Source: a virus | Taxonomy: Duplodnaviria > Heunggongvirae > Uroviricota > Caudoviricetes | Length of the DNA stretch: 28,489 nt | Direction: 5' to 3' (one strand) | IMG/VR virus record: IMGVR_UViG_3300017971_000019 | Coordinates: 64,001 to 92,489 of that record | Part shown: positions 12,878 through 21,541 of the stretch, one piece after another | Layout of the letters: each line of letters begins with the position of its first letter | Numbering within the stretch: position 1 is the stretch's first letter | Made by a program: the position numbers and the translations under genes | Notes under the pieces: generated by a model | What the model was told of the DNA's origin: nothing | The model's input: the letters and a program-made list of their open reading frames with translations, nothing else | The model's database searches: none

Positions 12878-13320
12878 CTCGTCTCGATGGTCACTCCCTG
12901 GCGCTTAAGAAGCTCCCGCTCGCTCTCTCTCATGTCCTCGGGGAGTGTATCGAGAACGATACCAACGAGGCGGGAGTTCATCTCTGGGGCTCGTGACGAC
13001 AGGTCGTCTAGCCAGCGTACTGCCGGCTTCCCGGTGGTGGTGTTCATGCCGCCGTGGAACCTGAGGACGACGTGGGCCGGAAGCGAACTCTGAAGCTCGC
13101 TCCCGATCCACTCACCCTTCAGGCACCTGGCAGCCCAGAACGCGATGCGAAGCTCGTCGGCGTCGTAGCCGGCGTCAAGAGCGTCTACGACTGCGTCGAA
13201 CACTGCCCTTGACGGACGCAGCCTTCTTCCGAACACCTCGTTGACGAACCTTGTCAGGTGCTCGGTCAGCTTCCACTCTCTGCTGCTTTTGTCGATTGTC
13301 TTGGGCCTCTTTCTTGCCAC
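12874..13320 (-). CDS. Putative replication initiator/helicase-loader-type protein
   Basis: Directly upstream of and coupled to dnaB. FVNEVFGR....DALDAGYDADEL....W...LP..VLR resembles the conserved phage C-terminal (Phg_2220_C-like) domain (recalled). Confidence 0.55.
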   Translation of the reverse strand: MARKRPKTIDKSSREWKLTEHLTRFVNEVFGRRLRPSRAVFDAVVDALDAGYDADELRIAFWAARCLKGEWIGSELQSSLPAHVVLRFHGGMNTTTGKPAVRWLDDLSSRAPEMNSRLVGIVLDTLPEDMRESERELLKRQGVTIETR

Positions 13321-13459
13321 GCTTCTCTCCCCTCTTCTCGGCTGCGCTCAGGTGCTCTCGGACAATCTCCCAGGCGTCCTCGTTCGACAGGGGCCAGGGG
13401 CTGAGTGCCTCGACCAGAGCCTTCTCCCACTCGTTCGCTTCCAGCGATGCGATGCTCAA
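13175..13459 (-). CDS. Hypothetical protein
   Basis: ATGA-coupled start; the 3' part overlaps the next gene by 146 nt, so the extent is uncertain. Confidence 0.5.
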   Translation of the reverse strand: MSIASLEANEWEKALVEALSPWPLSNEDAWEIVREHLSAAEKRGEKRGKKEAQDNRQKQQRVEADRAPDKVRQRGVRKKAASVKGSVRRSRRRS

Positions 13460-13689
13460 TGCCTCGTCTCCTCGTGATCGCAGTCCTCACCGTCGCAGCC
13501 GCTTATGGCGATGCGCTGGAGGTTCTCAGCGACCTCCTTGTTCTGCCAGTAGAGAATGATCGACTCGTGCTTGTGGCACACGATGCGAAGGTCTCCTGAG
13601 CGAGTGACGAAGACGCCGAGTTGCCCCGACTCGCCTTCGTTAATGCACTCGCCGCAATCGATGACCAGGTCACTACCCAAAGAGTTCAT
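13456..13689 (-). CDS. Hypothetical Cys/His-containing protein
   Basis: 77 aa; CGEC...CHKH; coupled to its neighbours. Confidence 0.65.
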   Translation of the reverse strand: MNSLGSDLVIDCGECINEGESGQLGVFVTRSGDLRIVCHKHESIILYWQNKEVAENLQRIAISGCDGEDCDHEETRH

Positions 13690-14530
13690 CGATCTCGTTC
13701 TGCCCTCCCTTCTTCGCTGGCTTCTTGACCTTCACCTTGCCGCCGAGCTTCTGCCCTGCGGGCTGGGCGTCCACGGGATCCGAGTCGCCATCCGGCTCCT
13801 CTTCTGCCTCGGGCTCCACCTCGACCGGGGTCGGCTCAGGCTTCACAGTCGAGCCCCTGGTGTGCTCCGGGGGATCGTCCTCGGCCTCGACGCTGGACGT
13901 AGGCAGAAGCTCATCGAGAGACTCGACGGGCTTCTCTTCCGGCTTGCTCGCTGCGATCTGCTCCACCTCATCGATGGACTGGACTCCGAGCACGGCTTCC
14001 GGCATGTGCCGGCGGGCCCACTCGCGAGCCCCACGGTACGCGAGCATCTGGTCGGGCATGTCGCGCCACTGCTTGTTGTTGGTGCCCCAGACCGAGATGT
14101 CGCCCTCGACCGTGCGGTCCTCGTCCTCGCCCTTCAGGCGACCCGAGACGACCACTCTGCGCCGGCCACCCTCGCCCGAGTAGTGGTAGTTGAGCTTGCG
14201 CTCCATCTGCGGCTGGGCGTTCACGATGGCTGCGACCAGCTTGCCCTCGTAGCCCACCTTTCCGCTCACCACGTACGAGGACTGCGCGACACCGAAGGGG
14301 TCCATGCCCCAGCGGAACGCCTGGGCCGCGACGAGGAAGCAGTTCGAGACGTTCTTCTCGCCCTGGAGATGGTCTGGGACCAGCCCGCTCTTCGCCATGA
14401 GCATCGAGACCCGCTGAAGCTGCACGAACACGCTCTCGTTCATGTACAGCGACACAGGGTCGTTGGGGTCGTACTTGACCGGGGTCGTGGGCTTCGCCAC
14501 CACTAGGTCGTTCGTCTTCTTATCCGACAT
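13673..14530 (-). CDS. recT: RecT-family single-strand annealing protein
   Basis: SGLVPDHLQG..NCFLVAAQAFRWGMDPFGVAQSSYVVSGKVGYEGKL, QMLAYRGAREWARRH.PE..LGV; acidic tail ending IDELFG; SD GGAGG. Confidence 0.88.
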   Translation of the reverse strand: MSDKKTNDLVVAKPTTPVKYDPNDPVSLYMNESVFVQLQRVSMLMAKSGLVPDHLQGEKNVSNCFLVAAQAFRWGMDPFGVAQSSYVVSGKVGYEGKLVAAIVNAQPQMERKLNYHYSGEGGRRRVVVSGRLKGEDEDRTVEGDISVWGTNNKQWRDMPDQMLAYRGAREWARRHMPEAVLGVQSIDEVEQIAASKPEEKPVESLDELLPTSSVEAEDDPPEHTRGSTVKPEPTPVEVEPEAEEEPDGDSDPVDAQPAGQKLGGKVKVKKPAKKGGQNEIDELFG

Positions 14531-14787
14531 CAATTCCTCCAGTCGATCTGGTTGCACCTCAGGCAAATCCTGAAGTCGTAAACCCTGCCGTACTTTATAG
14601 CAGGGTCACTGGACACGAGAGGTCTGTAGGTGGCGCTCCACCTATGTCCATCTGATTTGCAGTTCCTCCCAGTCCTCTGGTGCTCGTGAAACCTCTTCGC
14701 TAGGTTCCCGGAGTTCCTCACCCTCCTCGTTGCTCCCGGAGCCCGGTACGAGGATGAAGGTCTCATACTCGAAGGCCGTGGCAACAA
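14530..14787 (-). CDS. Possible small zinc-binding protein (start uncertain)
   Basis: C..GH.W...RICLRC; its stop is TGATG-coupled to recT, but no clean start that avoids overlap was found. Confidence 0.35.
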   Translation of the reverse strand: MLPRPSSMRPSSSYRAPGATRRVRNSGNLAKRFHEHQRTGRNCKSDGHRWSATYRPLVSSDPAIKYGRVYDFRICLRCNQIDWRN

Positions 14788-14920
14788 TCTCTCCCTTCTC
14801 GTCCATCACGTACCAGGAGTGGACGGTATGCCCCTGTGGGCATTCCAGAACCTCACCTTGTGACCCATCTCTCGAAGTGATCTCATCTAGGTGTCTACGG
14901 CACGCACGGTAGTAGCTCAT
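14642..14920 (-). CDS. Hypothetical protein
   Basis: MSYYRACRRH...CPQGH; follows the nuclease gene. Confidence 0.65.
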   Translation of the reverse strand: MSYYRACRRHLDEITSRDGSQGEVLECPQGHTVHSWYVMDEKGEIVATAFEYETFILVPGSGSNEEGEELREPSEEVSRAPEDWEELQIRWT

Positions 14921-14939
14921 GTGAGCACCATGAGGGCGA

Positions 14940-15806
14940 TCACTTCCCCCTCCTTCGGACGTACTCGCACGTCCCGTCGTTGAACTCGCACCATCCGCAC
15001 GGGGAGCCTGGGACACCCTCAGCAGCAGGCACGAACACGCCGGCCTCGACGGCACGCACGGCGTTGCGGATCCGCTCGACCATGCGCTTCAGGTCATCGA
15101 TGCTGCGCGTCGTCTCCTGCACGTTGACGGTCATCTCGTGGGCCTTCGGCGTGCGGACCAGCGTGACCAGGCGGGAGCCCTTGGGTGAGTGGCCCACGTC
15201 CTTGTGCCGGATGAGCGTGTAGAGGGTCAACTGCTGAGAGGTCTCTGCTTCATCCTTGAACGGTGCCTTCTCCTTGGTCTTCAGGTCTCGGATGTACTCG
15301 TTCCCCTCCTCGTCCTCCACCAGGTCAAGGTAGCCGGTGAGCGTGATGTCCAGATCCTTCGGCTCCACAATGACCTTCCGCTCCACCGCCGTTGGGATAA
15401 TTGGTGGGGCTACGTCACCTACGTACAGCGCGGAGAAGTCGGTGGCTGCGTCCTTGTTGTGCGCGTAGATGGCGTCCTTCTCCTTCAACTCCTCCTTGGA
15501 GAGGTGTACCTCGTTGCCCTTCCAGAGCCTGTCGAACTCTGTCGCGGCCAGGTCCCTGGCCTCCTGAAGGGACTTCCCGGAGCCCGGTAGCTCCTCGCAC
15601 TTCGGGATTTCTCTGTCCTCCTCCCATGTCCCAAGCTCCACCATCTGTCGCTTGTGGGTTTCCTTCGCAACGAAGTGTGCGGCGCGGCCACGGGCTGCGG
15701 CCACGCCGCTGGGTCGGTAGTCCTTCTTGATGTGCTTGAGATAGAACTTGTGACCGCACACTCCGACAGTTGTGAGACTGGAGTTACTCCAGCGCCTGAA
15801 GCTCAT
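14940..15806 (-). CDS. PD-(D/E)XK (RecB/Cas4-like) exonuclease
   Basis: SNSSL..VC..KFY, GRAAH, LTGYLDLV....IRDLKT, QLTLY, and C-terminal CGWCEF....C (Fe-S-type Cys arrangement). Near recT. Confidence 0.88.
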   Translation of the reverse strand: MSFRRWSNSSLTTVGVCGHKFYLKHIKKDYRPSGVAAARGRAAHFVAKETHKRQMVELGTWEEDREIPKCEELPGSGKSLQEARDLAATEFDRLWKGNEVHLSKEELKEKDAIYAHNKDAATDFSALYVGDVAPPIIPTAVERKVIVEPKDLDITLTGYLDLVEDEEGNEYIRDLKTKEKAPFKDEAETSQQLTLYTLIRHKDVGHSPKGSRLVTLVRTPKAHEMTVNVQETTRSIDDLKRMVERIRNAVRAVEAGVFVPAAEGVPGSPCGWCEFNDGTCEYVRRRGK

Positions 15807-16084
15807 CGTCCCTCCGCGTCGTACTTGCGTGCCTCATCAGCCAGGGCCCGAACCAGACGTGCGGCCCAGAGAGGCACTAGGACCCTTCCGGCCTCCCATC
15901 TGTACACCTGGTAGTTCTTCACTTCGGCTCCCGTGTTGGGGTCGATCATCTGTTCGGCCAGTTGCTTCTGAGAACAGCGTATGACGTTCTGTCTCAGATG
16001 TCTCATGTCCTCTGGAGTCATGAACGAGCGACGAGGGGGGCGAAGGCTAGGCTTTCGCATGACGACGATTGGGTCGTCTACCAT
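15803..16084 (-). CDS. XRE/Cro-like helix-turn-helix regulator
   Basis: MTPEDMRHLRQ..SQKQLAEQM...VYRWEAGR..VP; SD GGAGG before ATG 16084. Confidence 0.8.
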   Translation of the reverse strand: MVDDPIVVMRKPSLRPPRRSFMTPEDMRHLRQNVIRCSQKQLAEQMIDPNTGAEVKNYQVYRWEAGRVLVPLWAARLVRALADEARKYDAEGR

Positions 16085-16235
16085 GCTGACCTCCCTTCCT
16101 GTAGCACCGATGACAGAGCCATTGCTTGCCGTTCCAGGCGTAGAGCCCGTCATCCCTACAGTCGTTACAGCCCTCGCACCCGAGGCACAGCGGTCGTACC
16201 TCGGGTGCGGGGGGCGTGAAGTGCTCTCTGGGCAC
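16047..16235 (-). CDS. Small zinc-finger protein
   Basis: CNDC...WLCHRC; start overlaps the upstream stop. Confidence 0.6.
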   Translation of the reverse strand: MPREHFTPPAPEVRPLCLGCEGCNDCRDDGLYAWNGKQWLCHRCYRKGGQHGRRPNRRHAKA

Positions 16236-16480
16236 TAGTCGAGGTCCAGGGCCGAGAGAAGCAGTGTGACATCCTGTGTCTCCACCAGCTTCATCGCGGG
16301 CCTGGTCTCATTGACTGACGGTGTCTCGAAGTGAGCAGTGCCATTCTTCATCATCAGGCGAACGCAGAGGATGTAGTCGTCAAGGCCCCTGAACGGATCG
16401 CCCTTGGACTCCTTTCTTCCGCGTACGTACTCACCAGCGAGGTTGAGTCGCTCCTCTGTGGAGACCTCTGGATCCTTCAT
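16235..16480 (-). CDS. Hypothetical protein
   Basis: 81 aa; SD GGAGG. Confidence 0.7.
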   Translation of the reverse strand: MKDPEVSTEERLNLAGEYVRGRKESKGDPFRGLDDYILCVRLMMKNGTAHFETPSVNETRPAMKLVETQDVTLLLSALDLD

Positions 16481-16488
16481 CTAGCCTC

Positions 16489-17673
16489 CTACCGATTGTT
16501 GCATCGCGGATCGGACTGCCCAGGCGTCAACTGAAACTGCCTGAACGTGTCCGAGTAGATGCCAGGAACTGTGAAGCGGCAGTGATCGGATGGCGGACCA
16601 TCCGGCCAGCGTCCCCACTGCCCGAAGGCGAGCGGGTTGCCGCCGAGCTTGAGCCGGCACGTCGCCTCCTTGATGCGACCGCTCACGTTGTAGAAGCAGT
16701 ACCCCTCGGCATACGGGCACTCGACCTCGCACTTCTCGGTGAGCACCCTCTCCTCGCGCTTTGCCTCACGTCGCTCCTTGGTGCAGGACGAGGTCTCGTA
16801 CCAGACCAGGATGTCGGTGCGAGTGCGCTCACCGTAGCAAAGCTCTGGCGCCGGGGTGTGGGTCGATGCCGTCACGCCTGCGAACGCTGCGAATGCGCTC
16901 TCATCGAACGGCTCCTCTGGAGCGACGCACTCGGACCACTTGCCTTCGATGATCTCGGGTTCCTGCTCCATGCGCCACTCATCGACGCACGGGCACTCGC
17001 AGCGCTCGTACTCGGGGCGCGTCTCGGTGGTGGTCCAGGTCTTGTCGCACTGCTTCCAGTGGGTGATGAACTCGACCTCTCGGCTCTTGGAGCACTGAGG
17101 AACGTCGGTGCTCGCTTCGGCCTCCGGTCGAGACTCCTCGCACTCACCCCAGTCGCCCTCCTCGCCACGCTCGACCTTGACGATCTCGGCCTCCTCCTCG
17201 CACTCGGCGCACTCGGGGGCCGGCGGAAGCGGATCGAGGATGCGAGCCGCGATGGGGCTCAGGCCGTGCGGAGTCGGCGGACAGGTCTTGGCGTCGATGA
17301 TGTCTAGCTGTGGCTTCTGCTCCTCGCACGTCTCGTTCTCGTACTCCATCGGAGTGCGGCCCGCCTTCACGAGCCACTGGTCCGCGAGCTTGCCCTCACC
17401 GTACGGGGCGTCGAACAGGCACGCTGTGTAGGTCGTACCGGAGTTGTTCACGACTGTCCCGTCGCCCTTGATCTTGATGTCGATGTTCGTTGGCTCGGCT
17501 GGGGTGACTGCCGGGGTTGTGGTGTCCGATGGGCTCACCGTCCCAGGCTGAGACGTTGCGTCTCCTGGTAGGGACGGCCCCGTTGGGCTCGACTTGCTGT
17601 TACAGGACAGCATGAACGACATGGAGATCCCCACGATGAACGCGAGGATCAAGACGGCGTAAGTCTTTCTCAT
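16489..17673 (-). CDS. Secreted/lipoprotein with two thrombospondin-like Cys/Trp repeats
   Basis: MRKTYAVLILAFIVGISMSFMLS|C, a Pro/Thr linker (SPTGPS), then EGDWGEC..CSKSRE and EGKWSEC..CYGERTRT modules. Confidence 0.75.
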   Translation of the reverse strand: MRKTYAVLILAFIVGISMSFMLSCNSKSSPTGPSLPGDATSQPGTVSPSDTTTPAVTPAEPTNIDIKIKGDGTVVNNSGTTYTACLFDAPYGEGKLADQWLVKAGRTPMEYENETCEEQKPQLDIIDAKTCPPTPHGLSPIAARILDPLPPAPECAECEEEAEIVKVERGEEGDWGECEESRPEAEASTDVPQCSKSREVEFITHWKQCDKTWTTTETRPEYERCECPCVDEWRMEQEPEIIEGKWSECVAPEEPFDESAFAAFAGVTASTHTPAPELCYGERTRTDILVWYETSSCTKERREAKREERVLTEKCEVECPYAEGYCFYNVSGRIKEATCRLKLGGNPLAFGQWGRWPDGPPSDHCRFTVPGIYSDTFRQFQLTPGQSDPRCNNR

Positions 17674-17681
17674 CTTCTCTC

Positions 17682-17936
17682 CTAAGCCCACCCTTCGATG
17701 GACTCCGCAACTTCCGGGTGGCCACTGTCGCGGAGTGCCCCCAGCGCCTCGGCAAGCTTCTGCCTGTAGAGTTCCAGTTCGGCGTTCGAGACTCTGAGCT
17801 TGCGGTCTAGGCAGGAGACGACTTCCCCGAGGTCGATTGGCTGCGTCTTTTCGAGAGCCTCTCGGATCTTCAACCTCGTGATCATCTCCGGTTCCTCCGA
17901 AGTGTAGGGCTCGACTTCATCAACGGGAGTGAACAT
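17682..17936 (-). CDS. Hypothetical protein
   Basis: 84 aa; SD AAGGAGG. Confidence 0.75.
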   Translation of the reverse strand: MFTPVDEVEPYTSEEPEMITRLKIREALEKTQPIDLGEVVSCLDRKLRVSNAELELYRQKLAEALGALRDSGHPEVAESIEGWA

Positions 17937-17968
17937 TGTACCTCCTTATCGGTTTGGGGAAGGTGGGC

Positions 17969-18000
17969 TCGCCCCCAGCGGAGGGAGTAGCTGGGGGCGA
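17969..18000 (-). terminator. GC-rich hairpin downstream of AIPR (no U-tract)
   Basis: 11-bp perfect stem TCGCCCCCAGC/GCTGGGGGCGA, 9 nt after the AIPR stop. Confidence 0.55.
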
Positions 18001-18008
18001 ACCGGGTA

Positions 18009-19130
18009 CTAACGGCTGAGCTTGAGTACGGCCTTCTCCACGGCGCTGTAGCAGGCGTTGTACGTCGAGGAGAGACGGGCCACCCTGTCGGGGACACCGT
18101 CACAGTCGGCGTGAGCCAGCTTGAGCGTCTCGTAGATCTCTGGGATGGCAGTCTCGATCAGCTTCTCGTTCGAGACCTCCCAGACCGGAGCGCCACCGTT
18201 CCAGACCAGGTTGGCCCGGAAGGCGGCGAGGGACGGGAGGATCCATGCTTCGGAGATCTTCCCGCGAACCCTCTCACCGGAGAAGAACTGCTCGTACTTC
18301 CGGCGGAGGTTCATGTAGAAACCGGGCTTGCGGCCTGGGCTAAGGAACTCGGCCTCGATGCGGTCGCGCAGGAGGAGGATGTCCTTGGCCAAGGTGATGA
18401 GGACCGGGAGAGAGTCACCCGGCTGTGGGCTAGCCGCCTGGTCCGCGAAGAACCGCACGGCGTTGTTCTTCCGACCGTAGAGCGGGGTGGGGTGCTGGTG
18501 GCCGTGGTACTGCGTGCAGTCGAACACGGCGAGGTACTGGAGAATCACCCGCACGTCGATGGGCTTCTTCTCGTTCATCTTGTACGCCACCAGGCCGGCG
18601 TAGGGAGTGTCAGCGATCTCTGCCTTCAGAGCGTCGAAGCTCCCCTTGAGGTTCTCCAGGCTCTTGAGGTCCACCTGCTGACTCGTGTTGAGTCCGCCAG
18701 CGATCTCCACGATCTGGTCCTCATTCACGCCCGTCACCGCATGGATGAGGACGTAGGCCTTGCGGCTCAGGACTTCCTTCTCGAAGGAGAGGATGGCGTC
18801 GAGGGTGTGAGCCCCGTCGATCACGCCGTGGATCGAGGGGTTGGTGAGTTCGAGGATGACCTCCTTGCGACGGGAGTCGTACGACATCCCGAGTGCGGCG
18901 ATGGTGATCCCACGGTTGCGTTCGTGGAACTGCTCGGGGACCTCGTCCAAAGAGCCCACGATGTCCCGATAGACGGCTGTGTTGCGACTGATCTCGCGAG
19001 GGTTCACGTCACGCCAGTCCATCAATTCGCCTGGTACGGACGTGGCCTCTACGAAGAAGAACCCGTCCTTCTTCGAACCGGACGGGCTGGGGATGGCCCG
19101 GAATTGGGCCGAGGGGAAACGGAATTGCAT
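18009..19130 (-). CDS. AIPR family protein (ParB/Srx-related)
   Basis: DVNPRE..DIVGSL...PEQFHERNRGITI, GVIDGAHTL, IAGGLNTSQQVD.KSL.NL match the AIPR pattern. Confidence 0.82.
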   Translation of the reverse strand: MQFRFPSAQFRAIPSPSGSKKDGFFFVEATSVPGELMDWRDVNPREISRNTAVYRDIVGSLDEVPEQFHERNRGITIAALGMSYDSRRKEVILELTNPSIHGVIDGAHTLDAILSFEKEVLSRKAYVLIHAVTGVNEDQIVEIAGGLNTSQQVDLKSLENLKGSFDALKAEIADTPYAGLVAYKMNEKKPIDVRVILQYLAVFDCTQYHGHQHPTPLYGRKNNAVRFFADQAASPQPGDSLPVLITLAKDILLLRDRIEAEFLSPGRKPGFYMNLRRKYEQFFSGERVRGKISEAWILPSLAAFRANLVWNGGAPVWEVSNEKLIETAIPEIYETLKLAHADCDGVPDRVARLSSTYNACYSAVEKAVLKLSR

Positions 19131-19161
19131 ATACGTCCTTTCTGCCGCATGGAAGCGGCGG

Positions 19162-19195
19162 TTGAAAGGCGGGGGGGCCCAATGCCCCCCACGCC
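19162..19195 (-). terminator. Rho-independent terminator-like hairpin
   Basis: GGCG(T)GGGGGGC-ATTGG-GCCCCCCCGCC followed by TTTCAA on the minus strand, just after the stop at 19203. Confidence 0.6.
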
Positions 19196-19202
19196 CGGTA
19201 CG

Positions 19203-19709
19203 TCAGTTGATCGACTTGCGAACGTTGTCGATGATCTCCATGCTGGACTTCTTGGGCGGATCGACGTTGAGTGAGGACCCGAGGGAGTAGATCGACTGCA
19301 CCATCATCTGGTGGACGAGAGGTTCACCGATCTGCTCCTTCGCCTGGTACTTGAGCATGGCGACCATGATGAGGAACAGCCCCACGCGGTCCATGATGGG
19401 GATCTCCTTCGCTGTCGCCGTCTCCTGGTTGGGGAGACTCTCGAAGATCCTGGCCATCGCCCCGTAGAAGACACCAGAGACCGGATCGGTCTCCTTCTTC
19501 GAGACCTCGTGAAGGGCCTCGATGGCCGTCTTCAGAGTCGGCTTCGGAGGGTTGATCATGGCCTGGAGCATCTCCTTGACCTTGGAGCCGTCTCCCCCGC
19601 AGCCCTCGCAGTTGGGATCACCGCAGCCTCCGATCTCCTCTGCGGCCTTGTCGAGTTGGTCTTCGAGGGAGGACATCCCTCCCTTCCCGTCGATGATGAG
19701 CACCTTCAT
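19203..19709 (-). CDS. Hypothetical protein
   Basis: 168 aa; SD GAGGAGG; CGDPNC motif. Confidence 0.8.
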   Translation of the reverse strand: MKVLIIDGKGGMSSLEDQLDKAAEEIGGCGDPNCEGCGGDGSKVKEMLQAMINPPKPTLKTAIEALHEVSKKETDPVSGVFYGAMARIFESLPNQETATAKEIPIMDRVGLFLIMVAMLKYQAKEQIGEPLVHQMMVQSIYSLGSSLNVDPPKKSSMEIIDNVRKSIN

Positions 19710-19711
19710 GT

Positions 19712-20608
19712 CTACGCCTCCTCTCGAAGGTTGATCTTGCGCTTCGGCTTCTGCATGACGAGCGAGTCCAGAGTCTGGGCCACCCGCTTGAAGCCCTCGT
19801 GAACGTCCTGTCGGAGCGAGTCGCTCTTGCGGAGGTCATCCGGCTGGACACCCTCCGTGAGCTTCCGCATCCGCTCCACCTGTGACTGGAGTTCCTCGCT
19901 GGAGCCCACGTCGCGGAGCTTGAAGTTCGCCAGGAACTCGGTGATGTTCGACACCATGGAGTTGCGGAAGATCTTCGGCTTCCCGTCCTCGTCCGGCGTC
20001 AGGCGGTCCACCATGTGGTCCGCCAGGCCCTTGGCTTCCAGCGTGAGCATGTTCGTGATCTCGTGAACGGCCTCCTGGAGGGCCTCCTCCTGCTTCTCGC
20101 GCTCCCGCTCGAAGAACTGGACGCTGATCTTCTTGAGGCTGTCCGGCGTGCTCATTGTGAGCCACTTCCAGTCGATGCGGTAGAGAGCGTTGATCTGCTC
20201 TGCGGTCGGGTAGAGGCCGGGGTTGAATGCGGACCCGAGGCGGGCGCGGCTCTCCTCCTTCCGCTCGTCTGCCACGGCGGCGAAGGCCTCGACCAGGGGC
20301 CGGAAGTCCTCACGCGCCTTGAAGAGGAGAGCGTCGATCTCTTCGACGGCCTCCACCTTGACCATGTACATCCCGCCCTTCAGGAAGGACGGCACGGTCT
20401 TGGATCGCACCGCCAGCTTCAAGCTGGTGAGGAAGCGCCGGCACGCCTTGAGTTCGGGCGCGTCGTACAGGTCGATGCCGACGTGCAGCATGTCCCGGTC
20501 GATCTCGGTCTTGATCGCCTCGGTGGACGAGGACAGCTTCCGGCGGTTGCTCACCTGGCCCAGCGTGAGGGCCAGCACGACGGTGTTCTCCGACAGGTTC
20601 TGTGTCAT
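19712..20608 (-). CDS. DUF3150-like protein
   Basis: FLKGGMYMV...IDALL...F..LV..F...RLG.AFN...YP....I...Y.I.W and DRL....K.KIFRNSMV pattern; TAATG coupling; ends KPKRKINLREEA. Confidence 0.7.
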   Translation of the reverse strand: MTQNLSENTVVLALTLGQVSNRRKLSSSTEAIKTEIDRDMLHVGIDLYDAPELKACRRFLTSLKLAVRSKTVPSFLKGGMYMVKVEAVEEIDALLFKAREDFRPLVEAFAAVADERKEESRARLGSAFNPGLYPTAEQINALYRIDWKWLTMSTPDSLKKISVQFFEREREKQEEALQEAVHEITNMLTLEAKGLADHMVDRLTPDEDGKPKIFRNSMVSNITEFLANFKLRDVGSSEELQSQVERMRKLTEGVQPDDLRKSDSLRQDVHEGFKRVAQTLDSLVMQKPKRKINLREEA

Positions 20609-20757
20609 TACTCCATCTCCTTCAACGCGGCCTGAAGCCGCTCCAGACGGGACTGCTCGGACTCCTGGCCCTCGGGGGCCACGTAGCCCTTGGCGATGCG
20701 ACGCTCGCACTTCTCGATGCGCTTCTTGATGATGTCTGCCGGGGTCTTCTTCTTCAT
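20608..20757 (-). CDS. 49-aa helical hypothetical protein
   Basis: MKKKTPADIIKKRIEKCERRIAKG...LKEME*; coupled at both ends. Confidence 0.7.
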   Translation of the reverse strand: MKKKTPADIIKKRIEKCERRIAKGYVAPEGQESEQSRLERLQAALKEME

Positions 20758-21018
20758 CTATCTCTCCGAAGGGGTTGGAACGTCGTTGGACTTGAGCCAC
20801 GCCACCTCTGCGGCGAGGGCTTCCTTGCGAGTGGTGAACGGACCAAGAAGGGGACCTTTGACCGGAGACAGGTCTGCGGCCCACTCCCCATCCGGTGCCG
20901 GCTCGACGTGCGAGGCGCGGCGGACTGTCACTGTCCCGAGGGGCTTGACGAGAGCGACGAGGTCATCGTCGTAGATGAGTCTGAGGTCTCCGCTCTCGTT
21001 GAAGATGATGGTGCTCAC
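20758..21018 (-). CDS. Conserved small protein with RASHVEP motif
   Basis: VRRASHVEP..DGEW.ADLSPVKGPLLGPF.TR.EAL.AEVAWL; GTGA-coupled to the DUF2997-like gene. Confidence 0.8.
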   Translation of the reverse strand: MSTIIFNESGDLRLIYDDDLVALVKPLGTVTVRRASHVEPAPDGEWAADLSPVKGPLLGPFTTRKEALAAEVAWLKSNDVPTPSER

Positions 21019-21197
21019 TGGGTCACCAATGCCTTCCTGGCGGTGCCCTTCATCTCGGGCTTGTCCTCCCGCTTGAACGTCTTCCCGATGGCTTCCTCGA
21101 TGGCGCGGGTGGCGTCGAGGCACTCTCTCCCGGAGAACCCGGAGGCCTCGACCTTGGTCTGTCCCTGGCCGTCTACGATGATCGTGATCTTCTTCAC
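21015..21197 (-). CDS. DUF2997-like protein
   Basis: KITIIVDGQGQTKVEASGFSGRECLDATRAIEEAIG...EDKPE. Confidence 0.82.
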   Translation of the reverse strand: MKKITIIVDGQGQTKVEASGFSGRECLDATRAIEEAIGKTFKREDKPEMKGTARKALVTQ

Positions 21198-21541
21198 TTC
21201 TTCCTCCACTTGAGGGCTGGGTACATCCCCTCCTCCTTCTTGATCTGCCCCTTGAGCCACTTGTACCTGGCCCCACGGCTCCCGGTCCACTCGGGCCAGA
21301 TGTAGTCGTCCGCGAGGGTGTACCCTGGCCCCTTCCTGCGCCGGCCCTCGTCCCGAAGGAGCTTCCTGATTCTGTCTGTCATGTTCCGCGAGGCGTAGGG
21401 GATCTCGATGTGCCCGTAGTAGCTGCCGCCCCTGTCTCCGTCTATGTCGTCTAGGGCTGAGCAGAGCCCTCCCACGTAGCCCCGACTGACTGCCTCGGCT
21501 AGGAACTCCAGCACCTCCAGCTTGGTTGCGTACTTGCTCAT
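21194..21541 (-). CDS. Hypothetical protein
   Basis: 115 aa; coupled at both ends. Confidence 0.75.
   Translation of the reverse strand: MSKYATKLEVLEFLAEAVSRGYVGGLCSALDDIDGDRGGSYYGHIEIPYASRNMTDRIRKLLRDEGRRRKGPGYTLADDYIWPEWTGSRGARYKWLKGQIKKEEGMYPALKWRKK

Noticed and set aside
14940-15806. Cas4 or a CRISPR locus
   Set aside because: No repeat-spacer array or other cas genes. The context beside RecT indicates a recombination exonuclease.
6503-19195. Similar hairpins GGGGGC-N-CAAT-GCCCCC at 6503-6521 and 19172-19190
   Set aside because: They have opposite orientation relative to transcription and low-complexity G/C stems, so chance similarity is likely.
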